Shown: one piece after another, positions 9,896 to 18,227 of the stretch
Layout of the letters: each line of letters starts with the position of its first letter
How positions within the stretch are numbered: position 1 is the stretch's first letter
NCBI GenBank assembly: GCA_946411635.1
Contig: CAMKES010000001.1
Coordinates: 151,696 to 215,695 of the forward strand
Direction: 5' to 3'
Source of the DNA: an uncultured Clostridia bacterium
Lineage (GTDB): Bacteria; Bacillota; Clostridia; Christensenellales; CAG-138
Length of the DNA: 64,000 nucleotides
Translations under genes and position numbers: made by a program
The notes under the pieces: generated by a model
The model's input: the letters and a program-made list of their open reading frames with translations, nothing else
Database searches by the model: none
What the model was told of the DNA's origin: nothing

Positions 9896-12151
9896 ATGCG
9901 AACGAAAGAGAAGTCCCCAACCCGACAGGACGCCGGATCGCCGAACGGCATGATCGCCGTGATCGGCGGTTTTCTGTGCGCGCTGATCCTGTCCTTCGTG
10001 CGCGTCAACGGACGGCTGATGCCGCTCCCGCCCGGACTCCTGCTCGGCGCGGGACTTGCGGGCGCAGAGCCTGCCGGCGTCGTCGGCGGGATCGTTCTTG
10101 CCGCGTGCCTCGGGACCGCTCCGGATTTTTATGCGCCGCTTGTCGCGCTGGCGTACTGGACCGTGACGCGCGTGCTGACGCTGACCCGCGGAACGTGCGG
10201 ACCTGCGGCGCGCCTGACGGTCTTCCTTCTGTGCGGCGCGGCGGCGATGCCGCTTCATGCGCTCTACGGGACGAAGGAGGTGCTGTACGGGCTCGTTTCC
10301 TTCGTCGTCACCGTGCTGTCGGGGCTTTGCTTTGCCCGCGTGTTCCGGCTGACCCGGACGGCGGGGAAACAGCGTCCGGTCTCGGAAACGGATCAGGTCT
10401 TTACGGCGCTTTCGATCGGCATGCTTCTGATCTCGATTTCGGACGTCACGTTTTCGGGATGGTCGCTGTCCGTCATGCTGACGGTCGCATTGGCGGCCGC
10501 CGCCGTCCATATCCGCGGCTTTTTCGGCGCGGCGGCCGGGATCCTATGGACGCTGATGCTGACGCTGTACCGCAGCTGTGACGCGACGCTGATCGGAAGC
10601 GCCGCGCTCGGTTCGCTGCTCGGCGCGGCCGGAAGCAGGCGCGGAAAGCCGATCGTCGCGGGCGCGTTCGTTCTGTCGGGGCTTTTGTTCGGTACGTACC
10701 GGATGCGCGTTCCGTTTTCGCTGGACGCGCAGAACCTGCTGTGCGGGCTGCTTCTGTATCTGCTGATTCCGCGTGCGTGGCTCGACGCCGCGAAACTGTG
10801 TACGGATGAACCGGCAAGGCTTCGGAAAGCGGCGTTTGAAACGGTCACGCGCGGCGAACGCAGAGCGTCGGCGGAGCTGGAACGGATGGGAAAGCTGCTC
10901 AGCGGGTTTTCGGGCACGTTTCGCGTGCCGTTCGAGGAAGAGGACGCGCTGGTCCGATGGACGATCCAGGGCGCGCTGAACGTCTGCGGCGGATGCGAGC
11001 GCTTCAAACAGTGCTGGAAGGACGGGGAAGCGATGCGGAAAGCCGTGATCCGTCTTGCAGCGGAAGCGGAGGAGGACCGGCGCGTATCGCCGGCGGAGCC
11101 GATCGACGCGGACTGCCCGCACGCGTCCGCGCTCTGCGCTTCCGTCCTGCTTTCGTATCGGCAGGCGCTCAGCCGGAACGCCGTCTGCCGCAGGGCGGAC
11201 CGACAGGCAGAATTTGTGAACCGGCAGTTTGAAGGCGCGGGGGAAGCGCTCTGCGCCGGAGCCGCGCAGATGCGCAGCCGGTTCCGCGGCCGGGAAAGCG
11301 GAGAAAAGCGGATCGCCGACCGGCTGATCTCGTCTGGGTTTTCCGTAGGATCCGTCGATCTGTACGCCGCGGGGGATACGGAGATCGTTTCCGTTTCCCT
11401 GCGCGAGCCGCCTTTGAACGCGCGAAACGCCGTGAAGCGCGAAGCGGAGCGCGCATGCGGATTCCCCCTGCGAAACATCCGTACGACGGAGGACGGGGAT
11501 TCCGTGACGTTTTTGTTTGAGCGGGACGCAAAGCTGCACGCATCGGCGCGTGTGTTCCGCATGCGGAGCGACGGCGCCGTCAGCGGCGACGCAACGGGCG
11601 AATGCCGCGTTCCGGGCGGCCGCGTCTGCTTTGCGCTTTCGGATGGGATGGGAAGAGGCGGGGCCGCGCGTACGGAAAGCGAATCGGCGATCCGGCTTCT
11701 GTTTCGTCTGCAGCGCGCCGGCATTCGGCGGGAACTGATCTGCGAGAACGTGAACCGGATGCTGCTTGCGCAGAACGAATCCGAAACGTATGCGACGCTC
11801 GACGCGGTCTCGATCGATCTGAACACCGGTGATGCGGAGTTTTTGAAATACGGCGCGCCGCCGTGCTTCCTGGTGCGCGGCGGGCGTGTAAAAAGCATTG
11901 AAGGCGAGGCGCTCCCGTGCGGGATCCTTGCGGAGGCGACGCCGAGCGTGATCCGGCTCCGGCTCAGGAAGGACGATCGGCTGATCCTCTGTTCGGACGG
12001 CGTGCAGGACGCGCTTCCGGAGGGAACGGCGCACGCGATCGCCGCGCTGAACGAACCGGATCCGGCGGAATCGGGCAGACGTCTGCTGGCGCATGCGGCG
12101 CGGAACGGGATCGCAGACGATATGACGGTCATGGTCATTCGGGTCGCATGA
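9896..12151 (+). CDS. spoIIE: Stage II sporulation protein E (PP2C phosphatase, polytopic membrane)
   Basis: 751 aa. The N-terminal third is multi-TM. The C-terminus has PP2C/SpoIIE motifs (FALSDGMGRGGAA, ATLDAVSIDL, ILCSDGVQD, DDMTVMVIRV). The exact start is uncertain because no SD is visible. Confidence 0.9.
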   Translation: MRTKEKSPTRQDAGSPNGMIAVIGGFLCALILSFVRVNGRLMPLPPGLLLGAGLAGAEPAGVVGGIVLAACLGTAPDFYAPLVALAYWTVTRVLTLTRGTCGPAARLTVFLLCGAAAMPLHALYGTKEVLYGLVSFVVTVLSGLCFARVFRLTRTAGKQRPVSETDQVFTALSIGMLLISISDVTFSGWSLSVMLTVALAAAAVHIRGFFGAAAGILWTLMLTLYRSCDATLIGSAALGSLLGAAGSRRGKPIVAGAFVLSGLLFGTYRMRVPFSLDAQNLLCGLLLYLLIPRAWLDAAKLCTDEPARLRKAAFETVTRGERRASAELERMGKLLSGFSGTFRVPFEEEDALVRWTIQGALNVCGGCERFKQCWKDGEAMRKAVIRLAAEAEEDRRVSPAEPIDADCPHASALCASVLLSYRQALSRNAVCRRADRQAEFVNRQFEGAGEALCAGAAQMRSRFRGRESGEKRIADRLISSGFSVGSVDLYAAGDTEIVSVSLREPPLNARNAVKREAERACGFPLRNIRTTEDGDSVTFLFERDAKLHASARVFRMRSDGAVSGDATGECRVPGGRVCFALSDGMGRGGAARTESESAIRLLFRLQRAGIRRELICENVNRMLLAQNESETYATLDAVSIDLNTGDAEFLKYGAPPCFLVRGGRVKSIEGEALPCGILAEATPSVIRLRLRKDDRLILCSDGVQDALPEGTAHAIAALNEPDPAESGRRLLAHAARNGIADDMTVMVIRVA

Positions 12152-13080
12152 AACTCGCGATCGAACCGTTTCTGCTGGACAACACGCTGATGAATTTCTG
12201 CGTGTTTATGCTGACCGCCGCATGGCTCGGCGTGCGGATCCGCATCCTTCCGACGCTCGGAGCGAGCGCCGTCGGCGCGGGGTACGCGTTTCTGTCGCTG
12301 TTCGTTTTTCCCGTGCTGCGGACGCCGTTTCTGAAGCTGCCGTGTTTTCTGCTCGTTTCGCTGCCCCTGTTCCGACGCAGCGGTTCCGTGCTTGCCGCGA
12401 TCCCGTTTCTGCTGCTTTCGGCGGCGCTGACAGGCGGAACGGCGATGATGCTGACGCTGCTGTTCGGCGGCTCCGTCACCGCGGACGGCACGATGATCGG
12501 CACGGTTCCGCTTCGCGCGGCGCTCGCGTCGGCGGCAGCCGCGTCCGTACTGCCGCGCGGTATCCGGACGCTGCTGTCGATCCGCAGGCGGAATGCGTGC
12601 TTCACGACGGTCGAGATCCGGTTCCGCACGAAAAGACTCCGGCTGAAGGCGCTGATCGACAGCGGAAACCTGCTTACCGAACCGGTCAGCGGGCTTCCGG
12701 TGATGCTGATCGACGCTTCGCCCGAGCATCCCGTGCGTCCGATCCCGTACCGGAAGCTGACCGGCGAGGGCACGCTGCTCGGCGAGCGTCCGATCTCGGT
12801 CACGCTGCCGCAGTACGGCGGGGTAACGGCGGACTGCTACGTTGCGCGCGCGCCGGAACCGATCGGCTGCGCACAGGCGATCCTGCCGGAGCGTCTGTTA
12901 CCGTATGAATGGAGGACAAAGGATGATTTCGTTTCTTCGGCGTATTTGGGTTCGCCTGCTCGTGCGGCTCGGCGTTTCACGACGCAGTATCTTATGGTAC
13001 GTTCACACAAACGAGGGTCTTCCGCCGCCGCTCGACCCGGAGGAGGAGGCGCGCTGCATCGCGCTGGCGCCGACCGATAA
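12148..13080 (+). CDS. spoIIGA: Sigma-E processing peptidase SpoIIGA
   Basis: Start ATG 12148 overlaps the spoIIE stop (ATGA). Five-TM N-terminus, then the aspartic-protease motif [12 protein letters not shown]. The ORF runs 158 nt into sigE in another frame. Confidence 0.85.
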   Translation: MKLAIEPFLLDNTLMNFCVFMLTAAWLGVRIRILPTLGASAVGAGYAFLSLFVFPVLRTPFLKLPCFLLVSLPLFRRSGSVLAAIPFLLLSAALTGGTAMMLTLLFGGSVTADGTMIGTVPLRAALASAAAASVLPRGIRTLLSIRRRNACFTTVEIRFRTKRLRLKALIDSGNLLTEPVSGLPVMLIDASPEHPVRPIPYRKLTGEGTLLGERPISVTLPQYGGVTADCYVARAPEPIGCAQAILPERLLPYEWRTKDDFVSSAYLGSPARAARRFTTQYLMVRSHKRGSSAAARPGGGGALHRAGADR

Positions 13081-13636
13081 AGAAGCAAAGGACAAACTGA
13101 TCGTTCACAATCTCCGGCTCGTCGTCTATCTTGCGCGGAAATTCGAGAACACCGGTGTACAGACCGAGGACCTGATCAGCATCGGCACGATCGGATTGAT
13201 CAAGGCCGTCGAGACGTTCAAGCCGGAGAAAAAGATCAAGCTTGCGACGTATGCGTCGAGGTGCATCGAAAACGAGATCCTGATGCATCTGCGCCGCACG
13301 ACGAAGCTGAAACTGGAGGTCAGCTTCGAGGAGCCGCTGAACGTCGACTGGGACGGAAACGAGCTTCTGTTGTCCGACATTCTCGGTACGGATCCGGACG
13401 TCGTCAGCCGCGATATGGAAGACGAGGTCGAGCGCGAGCTGCTCCGAAAGGCGCTCGATAAGCTTTCGGACCGCGAGCGCAGCATCATCGATCTTCGGTT
13501 CGGCCTCAAAACGGGCGAGGGACAGACGCAGAAGCAGGTTGCCGATGCGATGGGCATCTCGCAAAGCTACATCAGCCGGCTGGAAAAACGGATCATGAAG
13601 CGTCTGAAGCGCGAGATCGTACGGATGCAGTCATGA
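12923..13636 (+). CDS. sigE: Pro-sigma-E (sporulation sigma factor SigE)
   Basis: SD GGAGG lies 6 nt upstream. Pro-sequence [17 protein letters not shown]...LPPPL and core [16 protein letters not shown]...[13 protein letters not shown]...[16 protein letters not shown]...[14 protein letters not shown] closely match B. subtilis SigE. Confidence 0.95.
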   Translation: MISFLRRIWVRLLVRLGVSRRSILWYVHTNEGLPPPLDPEEEARCIALAPTDKEAKDKLIVHNLRLVVYLARKFENTGVQTEDLISIGTIGLIKAVETFKPEKKIKLATYASRCIENEILMHLRRTTKLKLEVSFEEPLNVDWDGNELLLSDILGTDPDVVSRDMEDEVERELLRKALDKLSDRERSIIDLRFGLKTGEGQTQKQVADAMGISQSYISRLEKRIMKRLKREIVRMQS

Positions 13637-14404
13637 TTTTACGTACTGCTCCAGCTGTTTCAGCGCGCTCTTTTCAAGACGCGAGACCTGCGCCTGCGAG
13701 ATCCCGATCTCCCTGGACACTTCGACCTGCGTTTTGCAGGCAAAATAGCGGAGTCTGAGGATTTTGCGGTCGCGTTCGCCGAGCCGCGCGATCCCTTCCC
13801 GCAGCGCGATGGAATCGACCCGCCGCGATTCGCTGTCCCGGGGATCGCTGATCTGGTCGAGAATGCACAGCGTGTCGTCGTCCGAACTGAACACGGGATC
13901 GTACAGGCTCACGGGATCCGCGATCGCGTCGAGCGCGAATACGACGTTCGCTTCGGAAATACCGAGCTCCTTTGCGATCTCGCCGACGGTCGGCTCGCGG
14001 GAAAGCGATTCCGTCAGCCGCAGCTTCGCCTGCATGGCGCGATAGGCCGTGTCGCGCAGGGAACGCGGCACGCGGACCGCGCTGTAATCGCGCAGATGCC
14101 GCCGGATCTCACCGGCGATCATCGGAACGGCGTATGTCGAAAACCGAACGTTCTGCTCAAGATCAAATCCGTCGACAGACTTGAGAAGCCCGATACAGCC
14201 GACCTGAAACAGATCGTCGGCCGGCTCGCCGCGGCCGGAGAACCGCTGCACGACCGACAGGACGAGCCTCAGGTTACAGCGGATAAACTCCTCACGCGCC
14301 GCTTCGTCGCCGGATTTTGCCCGTTTCAGAAGCTCCCGCATCTCAGCCTGTCCGAGGCGGGGCAATCGGGACGTATCGAGCCCCGTGATCTCCACTTTCT
14401 GCAA
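13631..14404 (-). CDS. sigG: Sporulation sigma factor SigG
   Basis: 257 aa; TTG start with [25 protein letters not shown]...[12 protein letters not shown]...[16 protein letters not shown]...[19 protein letters not shown]...[12 protein letters not shown] is near-collinear with B. subtilis SigG. Confidence 0.9.
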   Translation of the reverse strand: MQKVEITGLDTSRLPRLGQAEMRELLKRAKSGDEAAREEFIRCNLRLVLSVVQRFSGRGEPADDLFQVGCIGLLKSVDGFDLEQNVRFSTYAVPMIAGEIRRHLRDYSAVRVPRSLRDTAYRAMQAKLRLTESLSREPTVGEIAKELGISEANVVFALDAIADPVSLYDPVFSSDDDTLCILDQISDPRDSESRRVDSIALREGIARLGERDRKILRLRYFACKTQVEVSREIGISQAQVSRLEKSALKQLEQYVKS

Positions 14405-14424
14405 AGCCGATCACCTCCGTCCGG

Positions 14425-14454
14425 TAGTCTGCCCGCGCGGACGGGCGTTCAAAC
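14425..14454 (-). promoter_or_regulatory. Candidate forespore (sigma-F/G type) promoter for sigG
   Basis: The minus strand reads GTTTG-15 nt-GGGCAGACTA, versus sigma-F consensus GYATR-15-GGnnAnAHTR. One or two mismatches, matched by eye. Confidence 0.3.
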
Positions 14455-14467
14455 GGGACCGGGGGAT

Positions 14468-14496
14468 TTGACAGACTTTTCCAATCGTGGTACGAT
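14468..14496 (+). promoter_or_regulatory. sigma-A type promoter (TTGACA-17-TACGAT)
   Basis: TTGACA at 14468-14473, 17-nt spacer, TACGAT at 14491-14496. Upstream of the phosphoesterase lipoprotein gene. Confidence 0.6.
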
Positions 14497-14524
14497 ACGG
14501 AAAACGAAACGGGAGGCAGGGTGC

Positions 14525-15679
14525 ATGAAGCGTTTACGGATCCTCATTGCGGCGGTCGTATGTCTCGCCTGCCTGTTCGCCTGTACCGGCGGACCGCAGA
14601 AGCAGGAGGCGGAGGCGTCGCCCGTTCCGTCGGCAGAGATCGAATCCGACGTGATCGCGATCGTAACGCCGCCGCCCGCGGAGATCCCGACTCCGGCGCA
14701 GACGCCGGACCCCACGCCGGAGCCTACCCCGGAACCGACGCCCGAACCCACGCCGGAGCCTACCCCGGAACCGACGGTCCCTGCGTATACGGCGGAGGGC
14801 GATGCGTACACGATCGCATGGATGAGCGATCCGCAGCACTATTCCGAGGAGTTTCCGGAAAAGTATTACGCGATGACGGCGTTTTTGCGAGATCACCGCG
14901 AAGAGCTGCATCTGGCGTACATCATCAATACGGGAGACCTTGTGAACGACGCGGGGAAAAAGGACCAATGGGAGGTCGCTGACCGCGCGCAGGCGATGAT
15001 CGAAGAGATCCCGAACGGCGTTCTTGCCGGCAATCACGACGTTCCGAACACGTATGGATACACCGAGTTCTGCAAATGGTTCGGCGAGAAACGCTATGCC
15101 GACAGACCGTGGTACGGCGGCTCGTACGAGGACAACCGCGGACACTACGATCTGCTCACGATCGGTCAGACCGACTATCTGTTCGTCTATATGGGCTTCG
15201 CGCCGGATGACGATGCGATCGAATGGGTCAGGAGCGTTTTCCGGCAGTATCCGGACCGCGTCGGCGTTCTGTGCCTGCACGATTACTACACGAAGACGCA
15301 GACGCTTTCCCAGGATGGAAAGAGATGGCACGATCAGGTCGTGAAAAAGATGCCGAACCTTTACATGGTTCTGTGCGGTCATAAATACGGGTCCTACTGT
15401 TTCCCAGAGTCGTTTGACGATGACAAAGACGGGCAGCCGGACCGTACGGTCTATCAGATGCTGTTCAATTACCAGGCAACGAAGCATGACGGGGGAGAGT
15501 CATATCTCCGCCTGATCCGGATCGACGAAGCGGCCGGAACGATGCTGAATCTGACCTACTCGCCGCTGCTGGACGATTTCAACCGGTTTGACGATCCGGA
15601 GAACCGCGAGCAGTATTATGAGTTCGACGAACGGAACGAGGAGTTCACGCTTCCGCTTCCGTGGAAGACCGAACCGTAA
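14525..15679 (+). CDS. Calcineurin-like metallophosphoesterase lipoprotein
   Basis: Start MKRLRILIAAVVCLACLFAC (lipobox) with SD GGGAGG. PT/PE-rich linker. Metallophosphoesterase motifs SDPQH, TGDLVND, GNHD. Confidence 0.85.
   Translation: MKRLRILIAAVVCLACLFACTGGPQKQEAEASPVPSAEIESDVIAIVTPPPAEIPTPAQTPDPTPEPTPEPTPEPTPEPTPEPTVPAYTAEGDAYTIAWMSDPQHYSEEFPEKYYAMTAFLRDHREELHLAYIINTGDLVNDAGKKDQWEVADRAQAMIEEIPNGVLAGNHDVPNTYGYTEFCKWFGEKRYADRPWYGGSYEDNRGHYDLLTIGQTDYLFVYMGFAPDDDAIEWVRSVFRQYPDRVGVLCLHDYYTKTQTLSQDGKRWHDQVVKKMPNLYMVLCGHKYGSYCFPESFDDDKDGQPDRTVYQMLFNYQATKHDGGESYLRLIRIDEAAGTMLNLTYSPLLDDFNRFDDPENREQYYEFDERNEEFTLPLPWKTEP
14711..14776 (+). repeat. Perfect 30-bp direct repeat (x2, 6-bp spacer) encoding the (PTPEPT)n linker
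   Basis: CCCACGCCGGAGCCTACCCCGGAACCGACG occurs at 14711-14740 and 14747-14776, inside the phosphoesterase CDS. Confidence 0.9.
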
Positions 15680-15700
15680 AAAGCAATCAGCAAACAAACA

Positions 15701-15729
15701 AAAAAAGAAGCGGGATTCCGCTTCTTTTT
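15701..15729. terminator. Bidirectional rho-independent terminator
   Basis: Hairpin GAAGCGG-gatt-CCGCTTC with an A-run before and a T-run after. Confidence 0.8.
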
Positions 15730-15826
15730 GTTATATCCGATAAGCCTGGCGAACACGTCCGACGGGGGACGGAACAAACCCGTTTCCGAACGGAGAACGG
15801 GAAAGGTTCCGGATCAGCCGCGTCGA

Positions 15827-15937
15827 TCAAAATAAGCTGCTGAGAAGGGTCGTCAGTTTCTTGAACCAGGTGTTCGTGCGGAGGCGCGAGCAGCGCTCGA
15901 TCCGGCGATACAATTTCTTCAATTCGATAGCGTTCAT
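15827..15937 (-). CDS. Small basic protein, 36 aa, unknown function (candidate)
   Basis: ATG preceded by AAAGGAGA with 7-nt spacing. Sequence MNAIELKKLYRRIERCSRLRTNTWFKKLTTLLSSLF. Lies in the only AT-rich island of the window. No homology recognised. Confidence 0.4.
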   Translation of the reverse strand: MNAIELKKLYRRIERCSRLRTNTWFKKLTTLLSSLF

Positions 15938-16210
15938 CACAAGGTCTCCTTTCTTGTATCTGGTTAGAGTATAAAGGAGATTTGTGACGAAATTGACGGA
16001 AATTTGTGAAGGAAACACCAAAAAAGAGCAAGAAAAATATGAATAAGCCTTGAACAAATTATGAACATGGTGTAAAGTATAATGGGGTATTTTATGAACA
16101 TTAGCATTTTGAACGATAATACTAAATAGAATAATCGGAATACCGCACATTCCGACTCGATACCGATCGCTTTGCTTTTTACGGCGATCCGCCGGAAAAA
16201 GACGGGACAT

Positions 16211-16238
16211 AAAAAATCGGGAGGCGGCTGCCTCCCGA
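16211..16238 (-). terminator. Rho-independent terminator after the PAP2 gene
   Basis: Hairpin TCGGGAGGC-ggct-GCCTCCCGA, followed on the minus strand by TTTTTT. Confidence 0.8.
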
Positions 16239-16261
16239 AGGATCCGGTGTGTTATGCGGTT

Positions 16262-17236
16262 TTACGCGGCGGAATGAAAGAACTTTTTGAAGCAGATCGG
16301 ATAGATCCCGATGCCGACGAACGACATCAGGAAGTAACGGATCCCGTCAAAGATCGGGTTGGCGGGGAAGATCTTTTTGAATCCGAGCCAGATGCCGACG
16401 ATGACCGCCATGCCGATCCAGAACTTGATGATCTGCTTCCACCAGACCGTTTCCGTTTCAAAACGCGTATACGCGTCGTCGAGCAGTTTTCCGGCCACCA
16501 TACCGATCGCGGCTCCGAGCAGCTTCGCGGCGTCCTTCACGGCTTCCGCGTGCGTGGAAACGGCGCTTGCGTCCGCGCCTTCGCCGGGCTTTGCGAGCAG
16601 CAGATAAATGACCAGACAGACGCTGAGGCCGAGGCCGATGAACATAAATGTGTTCATGAGCCGGTTGTTGTCTTCGCGGCCCCGGAAGATCCCCTCAAAT
16701 ACGGCCATGACGATCACGCCGAGCAGAAGTCCCACGACGACGTCCAGCAGCGTATGCACGCCGAGATACATTCTGGAAAAGGCCACGAGAAGGATCAGAA
16801 CGGCCGACACGGCGTACAGCCACTTCTTTTTGAAATACATCGCAAGCGCGCCGAGCGACAGGCAGGCGGTCATGGTATGTCCGCTCGGGAAGGAGAATCC
16901 CGTCGCGGCAGCCTTCGCGCTCTGCACGACGAAGGGATCGAAGTTCGGATCGAGCACCCAGGGCCGCGGGATCATAAACGTCGCCTTCAGGATCTGCTGC
17001 AGGAACGTTCCGATCATAAAGATGATCAGCAGACGGTATCCGTATTTCTTATTCAGACACCACACGAGCACGATCGCAATGACCAGGAAGCCCATCTCGT
17101 GACCGAGATAGGTCAGAACCGAGAAGACCGACGTCAGAAACGGCGAACGGATCCCCGCGATCGCGTAGAGCTGGGCGAGAAGCCATTGAAAAAACGGGGA
17201 CAGGCCCGTCGCGGCAGCGGATTCCATCAACAGCAT
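16262..17236 (-). CDS. PAP2-family phosphatase (undecaprenyl-diphosphatase-like), membrane
   Basis: Start MLLMESAA with SD AAGGAGG. PAP2 motifs KATFMIPRP, PSGHT, SRMYLGVHTLLDV. Multiple TM segments. Confidence 0.85.
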   Translation of the reverse strand: MLLMESAAATGLSPFFQWLLAQLYAIAGIRSPFLTSVFSVLTYLGHEMGFLVIAIVLVWCLNKKYGYRLLIIFMIGTFLQQILKATFMIPRPWVLDPNFDPFVVQSAKAAATGFSFPSGHTMTACLSLGALAMYFKKKWLYAVSAVLILLVAFSRMYLGVHTLLDVVVGLLLGVIVMAVFEGIFRGREDNNRLMNTFMFIGLGLSVCLVIYLLLAKPGEGADASAVSTHAEAVKDAAKLLGAAIGMVAGKLLDDAYTRFETETVWWKQIIKFWIGMAVIVGIWLGFKKIFPANPIFDGIRYFLMSFVGIGIYPICFKKFFHSAA

Positions 17237-17249
17237 AGCAGTACCTCCT

Positions 17250-18017
17250 TTATTTCGATCCGAGAAGCGCAAGAACCTCCCGGCATTCGGACAGGGTGTT
17301 ATAGGATACGGGGTCGGCGCCGTTGCGATTCGCCTGACGGATCTCGACGGAGTTCGTTCCGTCCGTCCATACGATCGTATTGCCGTAGTCCGAAACGAAG
17401 TATGTTTCGCCGTCCTCCGTTTTCGAAACGTACGAATCGGGAAGCGACGCAGCGAGCGCGCCGCCGTCGTCGACACAGATCAGAAGTTCAAGATTGCAGG
17501 ACGCCGTACGGAAATACGCGTTCCAGTTCCGTTCGGTCAGCACGATGCCATCCGGCGGCGTTTCGGGCGAAAGAACAAGCGAGATCGCCTCGTCGAACGA
17601 CAGAACGTCCTCGACGCGGTAATCGTTCTTTTCCTGTCCGATCCGATACAGGAACGCGCCGTCGCTGCATTCGTACGCCGTATACGAAAAGGAATCGCTG
17701 CCGGACATGCCGGAGGCGTTTTTGAGCGTACAGACGACGCCGCGATCCTCGCGCGTTTCGATCGCGGACGCGGACGATGCGGGCGTTTTGTCGCTGCGTG
17801 TGATCTGGATACAGAACGCTTCGCCGTCCTTCTGATAGGCGAGAAAATAACGGATGCGGGAATACTCCGAGCCGTACCGTTCGCCGAGCGACCACAGGGC
17901 GGACTGCCGAAAGGCGGGTTCCGCGGGCTCGGCTGACGGATCGCCGGAACCGCCGCCGCATCCGGCAAGCAGGATCAGGACGAGGAACAGAAGCGTCAGA
18001 CGGATTCGTCGGTTCAT
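17250..18017 (-). CDS. Lipoprotein, unknown function
   Basis: Signal peptide and lipobox MNRRIRLTLLFLVLILLAGC. The start could instead be 18035. No recognised domain. Confidence 0.6.
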   Translation of the reverse strand: MNRRIRLTLLFLVLILLAGCGGGSGDPSAEPAEPAFRQSALWSLGERYGSEYSRIRYFLAYQKDGEAFCIQITRSDKTPASSASAIETREDRGVVCTLKNASGMSGSDSFSYTAYECSDGAFLYRIGQEKNDYRVEDVLSFDEAISLVLSPETPPDGIVLTERNWNAYFRTASCNLELLICVDDGGALAASLPDSYVSKTEDGETYFVSDYGNTIVWTDGTNSVEIRQANRNGADPVSYNTLSECREVLALLGSK

Positions 18018-18105
18018 AAAAGACCTCTGGTTCATATGATTTCTGATTATACTACGAACGGAGGGAAAAGTCACGAAAAAAGTCATACGCGCATGAGAGC
18101 GCCGG

Positions 18106-18144
18106 AAAACAAAAATCGCCGCGAACGGTGATCGTTCACGGCGA
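18106..18144 (-). terminator. Rho-independent terminator after the tRNA pair
   Basis: The minus strand reads TCGCCGTGAACG-atcac-CGTTCGCGGCGA followed by TTTTTGTTTT. Confidence 0.8.
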
Positions 18145-18147
18145 CGT

Positions 18148-18223
18148 GGTCGAGGCGACTGGATTTGAACCAGCGGCCTTTTGGTCCCGAACCAAACGCG
18201 CTACCAAACTGCGCTACGCCTCG
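18148..18223 (-). tRNA. tRNA-Pro (anticodon CGG)
   Basis: Hand-folded cloverleaf: acceptor CGAGGCG/CGCCTCG, D-arm TAGCGCAGTTTGGTAGCGCG, anticodon loop TTCGGGA, T-loop TTCAAAT, CCA encoded. Confidence 0.9.
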
Positions 18224-18227
18224 ACAT

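Noticed and set aside
15984-16046. Small + strand ORFs in the AT-rich island: a 20-codon GTG ORF (MTKLTEICEGNTKKEQEKYE) and an 11-codon ATG ORF at 16094-16129.
   Set aside because: - The SD spacing for the GTG ORF is only about 3 nt.
- The other ORF has only a weak GGGG upstream.
- Neither has downstream coding context.

They cannot be distinguished from chance ORFs in AT-rich DNA.
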